Assembly (NCBI GenBank): GCA_001938485.1
Contig: MQRK01183260.1
Span: 1-54,622 of the forward strand
DNA from: Girardia tigrina
Lineage: Eukaryota
DNA length: 54,622 nt
Direction: 5' to 3'
Shown here piece by piece: positions 1 to 12,200 of the stretch. Below the pieces are notes generated by a model. It was not told the DNA's origin and made no database searches. It saw only the letters and a program-made list of their open reading frames with translations. A program made the translations under genes and the position numbers. Each line of letters starts with the position of its first letter. Position 1 is the stretch's first letter.

Positions 1-113
1 TATTCATGTTGTGTTTTTTTTAAAATTTTACAAACATGTGTGTATGAATGGCCCGCGACAAGGGAACGAGTCTTCAAAGTGGCCCTCGTTACCATTTGGG
101 TTGGCCAGGCCTG
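1..113. mobile_element. Terminus of hAT-type MITE
   Basis: TGGCCC subterminal motifs and terminal GGTTGGCCAGGCCTG. Confidence 0.55.
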
Positions 114-114
114 G

Positions 115-382
115 TATATGAGGAAGCCAAATATCGTATCGGGAAATATAACCAAGTTTCACTAAATGATCATGCACCATGCTTTTTGAAACACACATTG
201 CCTCTGCTATATCACAAGTAGTTAAACTTGGATTTGACTCAATCTGTTCCCTAATTTGACAAGCATCAACAGCGGAAGGTGTTCCAGGGCGATTTAAATA
301 TTCTAGCTCAAAATTGCCAGCTTTGAATTAAACAAACCATTTTCTTATATTAGATTTAGTTAATGTATCCTCTCCAAGTGCG
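115..382 (-). mobile_element. mariner transposase N-terminal fragment
   Basis: Translates to RKWFV*FKAGNFELE...RPGTP...HLVKLGY...WLPH (WVPHEL-like). Confidence 0.8.
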
Positions 383-2462
383 GATCCAAAGGACAAGAGG
401 ATGGTAAAACATTGATTTTTATTAAAAAATAAAAACTACTTTTTAGCAAAACACCGACGCATCTACACCAACACACCTTTTAACAATATACGCAAATATA
501 AATATATCTTAATAAAAAATTGAAGTAATATTTTTTGACAGTTTTATTAGTCTAAAATGCATTAATTTGCAAAACAAAATAATTTCTAAATAGTTTGACT
601 TTGTGGATGATAGCAAATTTTAAAGAATAATTATAATTATTAAACAAATTAAGAAAAATACATATTTTAAGGTAATATCTTATTTGTAATTATTCAACAT
701 ACATGTCCAACAACTGGTAAACAAAAGAATTTACAATGTAATATCCGTAGAATAAATTTTAAAAATTGACTAAAGACCTTTATACGGTACTTATCTCAAT
801 CTGAGTTTTAGTTTTATAGTGAAATAACTCTTAAAAAAGTAAGACAGGAAAATAAATAAGTTTTGCTCTATCATTAAAGGTTCTGAAGTGGCTATTCAAA
901 ATATTTTTATTACTTTATTTATTGACGATATACAACTGTCTGTAGTTCGATAACAATTGGATATAGACATATGGTCTATAGAAGAAAAGTTCTTAGAATT
1001 AAGTCTATTTCCGAAAAATGCAAAAATATGTAGGGCATTCAAATTCAAAAAATGTTATTTTAGCCGCTCGTACTTTTTTGTTACACCATGTATAATAAAA
1101 ATATACCTTAGTGTAAAATAATATTTAATTTCGTACAACTTTTGTATAAAATATTTTTTCTATGAAGTCTAGTTTTCGATATATTATGCTGTCCCTATAC
1201 TTTTGGATCATTCTCTATAAAAATAGTATATTTCTAAACAGTATTTCTTAAGTACTTTTTAAAAATAAAGAAATTATAACAATTCCATTTCAAAAAATAC
1301 CTTTTTGGCCATAACTCTTGTTTCTACCCTGTATATTTATACCAAAAAATTTTGGTAACGGCTTTGTTATATTCTTAGGCTATATGTCAAATTTTATTGT
1401 TCTATGAGAATTAACCAAAAGGCAGAAAGACAGGCCGACATTTTTAAAAATGTGTATTTTGAATTGTGCAGTTCTCAAAAGGTGAAATTTTTGAAAATTG
1501 AGAATGCTGAAAATTTTTCGAATACAATATTTCCCTTTATCGAGGGAAGTAAATAACAGTAGACTTTCTAGTGCAAATATCAAACGAAAAAAATCGTGCA
1601 GTAATCGTAAAACAGAGAACATGTGAGTTGCATTAAAAAGGCTGACTTCTGACTTAAGAAAAAGAGGTAGCGTCATGCTAACTAAAAGAAATGTGTTAAT
1701 ACTTTAATGCTGTTATCGAATCGGTATAAATCAGAATGTCACAAAATATTTACCATTGATTAACTTTAAATTTAAGTGAGACGTTGTCTGCACCGTAATA
1801 TATAAATGAGCAAAGAACAGTGTAACGGAATTGAGAGCTTTTACTTATGTAAGAGTAAACGTTTGGTATGAACTCTTTGTGTGTTTTCTTATAATATCTC
1901 TAAACAAAATAATTTTTATAGTTCATAAGATTATTGAACTCTTGAGAAAGTTTTAATTAAACAAGGAAACGTTGGGAACCAATAAAATTTAAGTTTTTTA
2001 CCAAAGCCCTCAACTCCACTACACTGTTCTATGTTTAAATTTGAGATTTTAGAGGGAGTATTTATCCCCTTTACTCCCCTGTATCCTCTCCATAAATATT
2101 CGTGATCTTTTGCCAGGTTGCATTTGCATTTTTCCTATTTCCATAGTAGAAAATCATAATGTTTCGTAGATGTTCCGATTTTCGCCCATTTTAAAATGGT
2201 CCTTGAATAAAAAAGTTGAGAATATAAATCATCTTAACTGTAAGAGTTAAATAATTGAGAAGTAAAATGAAACATGCTTTTCAGGCAAATGTATTTATAT
2301 AAGTGAAGAAAGTGTAATAATGATCTAAAATATTTTTCGTTCAATTATTTAAAGTACAACTCTAAAAGACGAAACATGAATCAAAGATTGTGTCCAAAAC
2401 GCGAATTTAGATTTATATGAGTAACTCTAGTTGACATTGCAACAAAAGACTGTAAAACATAC

Positions 2463-2639
2463 CAGAATTTCCAATTCGCTGTTCAAAGATGGCAATATGA
2501 TTTTGAGCTGCTACTGCGATATGTTTTCCATTGTGATTTACATCCATGCATTCATTGAGAACCTTCTTCTTAATAAATAAAGACTGTTTTCCTTCTAACT
2601 GATTAGTATCAGTATTATAGACATAAAAATTTTGATAAT
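2463..2639 (-). CDS. NWD-like exon 15 (WD40-like: CMDVNHNGKHIAVA)
   Basis: 177 nt open, GTATGT donor. Confidence 0.75.
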
Positions 2640-3256
2640 CTATAGAAACATTTTATTAATAATATATAATCAGTTAAAGGACCTAAAATAAAAATATAAT
2701 TCTGATTTTGAGATGGAACATTCACGGATATTGGTTTGTCTTCTACATTTATGGAACATATAGTTACCATTTCGGTCAAATGGATTAAACGAACAATCCA
2801 ACCAACATCATAGTGACCAATTAAAACAATATAAGAAGGATTATTTGCTAATTGAAAAACTCTATTTATTTTCTCTTTGTACATCTTGATAGAACCTAAA
2901 AAGATAGATGTAAAAGTAAATCTTTCACAATAAATGACCTAAGGAGTAAGGGAAACAAGCAACTGATGGACTGAGATTATAAGAGATTGCTTTACATTCA
3001 TCACACAAGGACTTCAGAGATGAAATCATTTGTAATGGTATCGTACCTGAAAGAATATAAAGCTTAAACAATATTTTGGCAGTTCTCAAAAAATTTTGTT
3101 TTTTGTGATCGAAAATAAGAACTATTAATCTCAAATATAAAATATAATTATCTTTTAATAACATTTTTTAAAGAAAGTAAAATATTTTTTACATCCTTAA
3201 CCCAAATTTTATGACTTTTTCCATTCTTTTTATTAGCTTACTTTCTATAGATATAA

Positions 3257-3290
<34 letters not shown>

Positions 3291-6200
3291 ATCCATGAAA
3301 TTTAGAAACCTGTTTTTGTAGGCTTTTTACTCAATCGATTTTCTTCAAACTTTTCACACGTACTCATTCTCGATGACAATAAATAATTATGTAAAAATTT
3401 GATCGAAAAAAACTTTTTAAGATCCTAAACTGGGAAAAAACGGAAAATTCGGAGTTTCCGAACAATATTAATCGCAAGATATTTATTTATAAATTATAAG
3501 TAGTTTATATTATTTTTTATTGTTTTTTTAATTAAAATTTTTTAAATGTTAAATTTTTTAAATTTTAAAACTTTGTTGGCAAAGTAGAGTTTTGTCTGCA
3601 TAAAGAATGAATAAAAAAAATTTAATTTTTTGATTTACTAGTTTATAATTTTGAAAATGCGGATAATGAAATATAATCTCTCACTTTCTTTCTAGGTAAT
3701 CTTGATGGTTGCATAACCATGTGAATTGACATTGTCAAACTGTAAAATTACCTTGTCACACCTACTTTTCTATTCTGATCATTTTGTAGTTGGTACGTTT
3801 CCATGTGTTATTTTCGTTTGAACATAACACCCTTCATATCTCACAGAATACATCTTATTAACATAGATGTCTCATTTTGGTGTTGATGTGCCTTGTTATT
3901 TGAGTTTAACCCATGCTTATTTGAGTTCTGGATTTTTCTAATAAAACTACTTTTTATTGCCAATAATAAATTCTATGAGTAGAACTTTTTCTTTATTTAC
4001 CTTTTAATTCACTTGACACATCATTTCTTTACTTTTACGCTACTCTCACACCTGAAATTAATGATGTCGCCTTGTTCTTCTGTTTGACTAGAATCTTCAA
4101 AAAATGCTTCTAACTGAGTATCTACGAAAATTTTCTGCGGGTTTCCCTGCTTTCTATTCTTCAAATCGAAATCCATGTATTTCTGAATCGTTTGACCAAC
4201 TTTTCACCCTTGCTAACGGATAGACACGACTGAAATTTTCTTTAAAAATAATATTAAAGTAAAACTTTCAAAAATGAAGTTTTGGGGTAAATGATTTCAA
4301 ATTCTCAATGAAATGAAATAATTACATTTCAGTCAAATAGTGAGTTCTAACATTTACAGAAGTTTACATCTATCGAAAACTTCAACGTAATACCAGCAGT
4401 ACGATTTTCGTAATCTAGTGACATCTATACACTCTATAAAATAGATGATATTAATAGAAACACTAATAAAAAAGATTATAAATAGAAATTATACAAAAAA
4501 TAGGTGCAATTATTAAACGCAAAGGTAAATAGTATGTGGCTATTCCACACTTGGATCGGTTTAGAAAGAAGGTTATGATTGGGATCCGGAAAATTCATCG
4601 ACAAAAGATTTAATGAAAAATATAAACTTAAATTATTTACTCAAAAATATAAACCAAACGAAGATAACAAATTTTATTAATATTAAATATTATGAGCAAT
4701 ACCTTTCATATAATCAATTACATTGTATTTTTTATAGGCTACAAGTCTCTCTGAGTTGAGCACTGCCACGATATTTTTTTCTTCTGTTTTTGCGGTTCTT
4801 GGCCGCTTAAATATTGTTTTATACGTATGTCGTTCACATTTTGCTGTTTCTTGATATGCTCTTTGAATTTCCAAAATTTGGGATGGTGGGATGCAATTGG
4901 ATCATCAAATCCACTATGCACCCTTCAACAGAATTGTTAGTTCGTGGTAATCCTTGAAAAACAACTAAATGTATATTCCCCCTTTCATGAGCAAACAGTG
5001 GAGGACTACGTAACTTGTTTCTAGTCGGACGTCCAATCCAAGTATCTTCAAAATAATTGATAACTCCTTGTGCTTCCGGTGGAAATATTAAATTGCCACA
5101 TAGATATTCAAAAACATCTATTATTGCTTCAATAGAAACAAATGCAATAGCACCAAGCATTTTCATGCTTAATGCAAAATTAAAATCCGTTTTGCATCGC
5201 TTGTTCAATTCATTACTTTGAATTGAACGATAAATGCTTTGCAAAAAGTGAAAGAAACACCCTCTTTGTTCAGCATTTGTAAATACTTTTCTACAAGCAT
5301 TAATCATAAAAATTACTCAACTATGTAAACAGAAAAATGTTATGCATTATTCCATATTTTTTCTCCTGAACTCAGAATATATATTTCTATCAAGTTTTCG
5401 TCGATGGATTTTCCCGGCGAAGAATTGTTGTGACTGTGGATTTTCCGTCGATGAATTTACCTGCGACGAATCACTGTCGCGAAGAATTGCTGTCGATGAA
5501 TTGCTGTCGGTGAATTTTCCTAGATCCGTCATGATTAATTTCTGGTGAAGTTTCTAAGGAAAATTGTATTTTGAGTTTGTGCAAAATAGTGATGATATAT
5601 GTGATTCACTCTACTGTCAGCAGCTGAAACGAATTTACTAATAAGTGAATAAAAAAAATTTTAAAGTCTTGCCTTCATTTTCAATGGTGTTTGCAAATGA
5701 TTTTGGTGTTTACAGACAACATGTTTTCATTTTCGATTTTATTTCCCACTGTTTCGCTCTTTATTTCACTGAATTTTAATTAATTTCACTTTTGAATAAA
5801 TATTTTGTGCACTTTGTGATCTTCGTGTTTTGCATCAAAATAAAAAGAAAGAAAGATCAATTGTTTGCAAATAGAGAGTGGAGGGCAAGGAAAAGAAGAA
5901 TCCAACTTTGATCAATTGTGGAAAAGTTTCGTTTCAAGAAGAAATGTTGGGCATTAAAAATCTTTAATCTTAAATATTTACTTTTTTTAAAAAAACACAA
6001 ATCTTTATTCTTTAATCGTAAATCTTTAATTTCTAATGTTTAATCTATAATCTTTAATCTATAATCTTTAATCTGACTCCAATTAATCAGAAAGGACTTC
6101 CAACATAAATATATATACAATGAACACAAATTCTTTTATGAAACTTTATTTCAAATAACAAAAATTAACAAGTCAAAAATAATAATAATTCAATTCATGG

Positions 6201-9200
6201 TGACAGAACACAAACACAAATCAATATTTCGTACGAGTTAACAGATTTCAGTAAAAACTGTGAATCTCCAAAACGAACGAATGTTTAGATTTAAATTAAA
6301 CCTTTTTTCCCATATGGGATACTTATGGTTTTAAAAAAAGAAGAATATTTTAAAAAGAATAATAAATAATAAAAATAATTCTATATAACGAGTTTACTTG
6401 CTTCCTTGGTTTTGTTTTTGATGAGAGAATTTTTTTGGTAAACTAAACTAAATTTGCTGCTGTTTATATAGTAATTTTCATCAGCCTTGAAAATTGATAA
6501 AATAAAACAGACTAAAATATTTTTAATTTTAGATTCCAAATTTTGTTAAAATAAATATTATTTTGATTGAAATTAATTATTTTACCAAAAGAATTATTTA
6601 AAATTTTTTCTACATAAAATTTTGTCAAAAGTGTTCATATGTATTTTTCGAAACCCTAACAATACACAATATTTGAATATATGTAAATATTCTTGTTTAT
6701 ATCGGCTCTAGGAAATTTCCGTCAAGGCTACAGATTTAAAAATTTGACAGAGTTAAGGATACTTGACTTCCTTTTTTAATCAAAAATCTGAGGACTAGTA
6801 CGTAAGACGTGTCCACAAGTTTCTTGAGAGCTCTCCATTAAATGAAACGGGAGCGCATTTAATTTAATGATCTCGATTTCCATGAATGCCTTTAAGTATC
6901 GGACAATAAATTTTTATTTATTATTTTAAATTATTCTAAACTTTCGATGAATTTAACGGACAGTATTTTTAAAATATTATATTAAAACAATTTAAAAACC
7001 TGTAACTAATCTATTCAAATGATGTAACTGTCCAAGTAACTGGAATGGTAAATCATTAATATTATTTTGTAAATAGGGTTCAGCAAAAGTAACACAGTTT
7101 TTGATAACACTGATAGTTTCATTGTCCGGAAAAACTTTTTCACATGTTCCAAGTAACAAGATGAGCTCCTAATTGTCAATTTAATGAACAAACAAAAGAT
7201 TTTAAAAAAATTAAATAAGGTACAAAAAACTATAACAAGCTCTACTTGAATTCCAAAACATGTTGCATAGGACATCAAATAATTTAGATTTGCAACACAT
7301 AACATTATTAAGATATTGTCTTGAGAGCTCTCCATTAAATGAAACGGGAGAGCATGTAATTTACGGGGTTCTTTATCGCTTATTCGATTACAACTTAACA
7401 ATCTATCCGGATTTTCAATTTTCAACTTTCTTTTATGTAAAATACACGGCTTCTTGTAGTCCTCATTTATTGAAAAATACTTTGCTATTTCACTGTGAAG
7501 TTGTTTATATGACTGCGAATCCTTTACGTATCTAGAATCATACATCCTTTAAATCAATAAATATAATAATAATGATTACCTATTAAAAGCGCACTGATGA
7601 ATAACTGTATGGTACCATGACAGAATATTTTTTTCATCAATATTTTTTTCAACAATGTAACCAGACAATTCATCATAAATACGAGTCCAAAGTAAGGAAG
7701 GCAATCGAACTATTTCTTTGCTTGGTAGATCGTGATATTCATAAACTTCATTCAGTACATCATCACAAAGACTTAATAAATTTTCTATTTCTGTTTCACT
7801 TAATCCATTTTGACCAAGCTTAAAATAATAATAATAAAAAACTAGTAAATCAAAAAAAAATTATATCCATTCTTTATGCTAATTTTTATTTTGCTAAATC
7901 AATTTTAAACAAATCTTCATTTATTATAATTTCATAATTCTGGAATTAATTGTTTTTACAAGCTTTTATTATTATAATTTCATAATTCTGGAATTTATTG
8001 TTTTTTAAAAATATTTAATTATTATTTTTGAATGAAATTATATATATATATATATNNNNNNNNNNNNNNNNNNNNNNNNNNNNNNNNNNNNNNNNNNNNN
8101 NNNNNNNNATATATATATATATTATATACATATATACCTAGAAAGTAAGCTAATAAAAAGACTGGAATAATCTTTTTGTACATGTGAAATCAAATGCTCT
8201 TTCAAAGTTTTATTTGATAACAAAACGTAGTCTCATTTATTAGGTTTTAGTTTTTTCATCTATAAAATCAATTTAATATATAATAATTTAATATTTGTCT
8301 ATTATTTTTATTTTACTATCGACACAGATTTTAATTACAAAATTAAAATTCAAAATATATTACATTTTGAAACATGTAAACCTTTGACTACCACAGCCAG
8401 ACATAACCGATCTACCTTTTAGTCACAGAATTTCGATTCAGCTCCCGCTCTTTGAATAGAATTTTTCTATCTATTTTATTGTTTTAAGTTGTATAATTTA
8501 AAGAAAAAATCTTTAATTCCAAAAGAAATAATTTTACTGGAGATTTGACAAATAAAGAAAATTCTGCAAAGCCATAAAAAATTGAATATTCAGCATTCTT
8601 GTCCAGCATAGATAGCAAAAAGCAACCCAAGACTTGATGAAAAGTCACCTGAAGGACTTATAGGCTCGAATATAGGGTCATGCAGTTTACAAAGTTTAAA
8701 CTTCCTTGATTTCATGATCTGCGAAAATATATAGGCCGGAAAAAAATCCAACAAAATTATTGTAGCTTGAATAAATGGAACAAAATATCCACAAACATTA
8801 CAGGTCACGTCTAGATCATATTGTGGAAGATATAGGTCCTGGTATTATTTTTCTTCAGTACACATAAGTTATGTTATTTTAAACATTATTTTCTGTTTTA
8901 TTGTGTGACTTATTTTAACTTCAATTTTTAACTTCAATACTCTTTTATAGTCTCTATCACTTTGACTACTAAGCCAAAATTATAGCTAGGCTGTCACATA
9001 TGATAGCCATGATAGTCAAAGCGCTACACATGTCAACTTATTTCGTCGACTCTAGTCGGTAAAATTCTAATAATTGAATAACTGAATTAATTGTTTATAT
9101 TATAAATTGAAGTAAAATCTATTAAATTAAAAATAAGATAAGCAAAACTCAAAATTAAAATCATTCGCGAAACCGTCCGGCATTGCAATAACCCTTGAAA

Positions 9201-12200
9201 AGAGAAATCACAAATGATAGAAAATTCAAATGATTAAAATAAAAACAAAAAAATGTAAAAATATTTTTAGTTTCTTGATTAAAATTGTTATATTAAGTTG
9301 TCCTTATTAAGAACATTAATTGAGTTTCCTATAAATTTATTATTATCACAATTTGAATTGTCACTACAACAATTCTCCGTAAAACTTGCGTAGCTCGTCA
9401 TCGTTCTTGATTGATAATCTTTAATAATATTCTTTAACGTCTTATTATTCAAACAAATTTAAAATACAATTTAATCATTACAAAAATAATTTATACTTTA
9501 AATTATAATTTAATTATTACAAAAATTATTTATAATTGAAATTTAAAACAATTTTTATTTATTTTAAGAAATTATTATTAAAATATTATTTATGAAATAT
9601 TAGTTTAATTTTAAAGTGATTATTTAACTTTTAATAATTGATTATACAACTCGACGTTTTAAAATATTTAAGATATCAATCTTCCATCTGGGTGGGAGAA
9701 ACACAATCCTAAAAAGACATACCAAACAACACACAATAAACCGAAGCAGGACGTTTCGACGCTGCCGTTTCGACGCCGCCATTTCGATGCCGGGACATTT
9801 CGACACCGGGACATTTCGACGCCAGAAATTAGGATTTAAATGAAATAGGAATAAAATGAAATAATTTGTTATTAATTAGGATTTTTATGAATAAAATGAA
9901 ATAATTGGTTATTAATAAGGATTTTTAGGAATAAAATGAAATATTTTTTTATTAATTAGGAATTTTAGGATAAATATTAAATAATTTGTTATTAATTAGG
10001 ATTTTTAGGAATAAAATGAAATAATTTGAAATGAATTAGGAATATTAACCTGCTTTCAATGGCTGTCATACATAAATTAAGAGACATAACTTGCGTAAAA
10101 TACCGGAATTGTATATTTATAGAAGTTTGTTTATGTGAAGAGAATTGCAATTATAGTTAAAACGTGGGAAACGGAACATGTCACATACCTATTGATCTAT
10201 CCACATATAATGTAAAATTTTGATTAAAAATTATAAATAATTATTAATATATATAAACAACTACTTCAATATTATTTTTCATATAAACACAAAATAGTTT
10301 AGAAAATATACTTTTATTTAATTTATAACAAAATTGTATGCAATTCCTCGTACAAATTCTAGTATTTCTCTATTTTTGAAGTCATTGAAGACTTCCAAAA
10401 TTCGTTCATCAGCTAATGTATACTTTTTTTCGTTTTGGTGTATGCTGATATCTAAATCATTTATTATTAATGAGTAATGATTACTGCGTTTCGAGCCCAT
10501 CTGAGTAACAGTTGCAAGAAAACTGCACGTGAAATGAAAACCGATCTTGTGGTTATCCCAGGCGGTCTGACATCGGTCTTGCAGCCATTGGACGTTGGCA
10601 TTAATAAACCATTCAAAGACCGACTACGCACCAAATGGACGGACTGGATGTCGTCTGGAGCTCCAACTTAAACCAAACACGGAAATTTCCAGAAGCCGGA
10701 CATTGCCCGTATTACAACTTTGGTGAAAGAAGCACGGGAATCCATTCCGTCGGACATGGTAAAGAATTCATTTTTGAAATGTGGTATCAGTAATGCTCTG
10801 GATGGGACTGAAGATGATGCCGTTTATAAGAGTGGCAATGAAGAACAGGAAGACGTGGACGATGATGATGATGATGATGGACATACAGGTGATGATTTGG
10901 CAACAGATGAATTTTTGGCCGAAATATTCGGAGAGAGTGACGGAGAGAGAATTTAATTGATAAATGATTTGTTTTTTGGATGATTGATTTTTTTATGTTA
11001 AGACTGTTTTCACGGTTTGAAGGGACGAAAGGGCTTACAAAAAAAATATAGTGATCGCATTATACGTGGACGCTAGGCTTCTGCGGGATTCCTTGTCAAA
11101 ATTATAGGGGTCGCATTATACGCGGTAATATACGATAATTAAAGTTTTTATATGTTTAAGTAGGGAAGGACACATCGTATCGTACATCGTTAAAAATGGT
11201 CGATGCATCAAAAACCTTTCGTCGTTAAACGATGCATCGAAGGACTTCTTACCTTTGTTATCTAACATATAATGAAACCACACCTTTATTCACATATACT
11301 ATAACTCAACAATATAATTACTACAATTTTAGTTTTTTAAACAAATATTTTTGAGGAACTTTCGAGTAAAATTCTATTTTCAGTAGTTTTCATTTAATCC
11401 TTTTTTAAGGAAAGTTTTATTTTCATTTGGTCCTTATTGAGAACATTAATTGAGTTTCCTTTACATTTATTATTATCACTGTTGGGAACGTTCATAAAAT
11501 AAAATTTTTGAATGTTATGAAATTATTAGATAAACAATTACATTCCATAAAATATTGTTATAAATATGTTAAAATAGATTTTCAGAAATTTAANNNNNNN
11601 NNNNNNNNNNNNNNNNNNNNNNNNNNNNNNNNNNNNNNNNNNNNNNNNNNNNNNNNNNNNNNNNNNNNNNNNNNNNNNNNNNNNNNNNNNNNNNNNNNNN
11701 NNNNNNNNNNNNNNNNNNNNNNNNNNNNNNNNNNNNNNNNNNNNNNNNNNNNNNNNNTAATTTTTATTAAAGAAAATATAAATTTTTAATTTGTAAAAAA
11801 ATATACAAATCATATTTTTATTTATACATATTTCTATTTATATTGGTTGTGTAAAAAAAGAAAATACAAAAGTTCCACAAAAAATATTTGTTTAAAAAAT
11901 TCTAATTGTTATAGAAATAAATTTTGGTGTTCGTTATAATGTCTTGTGAGCAAGAATCCAATAATCACAATTTGAATTGTCACTACAACAATTCTCCGTA
12001 AAACTTGCGTAGCTCGTCATCGTTCTTGATTGATAATCTTTAATAATATTCTTTAACGTCTTATTATTCGAACAAATTTAAATTACAATTTAATTATTAC
12101 AAAAATAATTTATACTTTAAATTAAAAATAAATTTTATTTATTTTAAGAAAATTATTATTAAAGTATTATTTATAAAATATTAGTTTAATTTTAAAGGAT

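Noticed and set aside
1380-2460. Further NWD exons left of 2463
   Set aside because: The phase-1 acceptors I tested gave immediate stops; the next exon is probably outside the window.
3245-4419. Helitron-like element ending in TACGA/TCGTA hairpin plus CTAG
   Set aside because: The hairpin is short and AT-rich and the 5' end is undefined; insufficient evidence.
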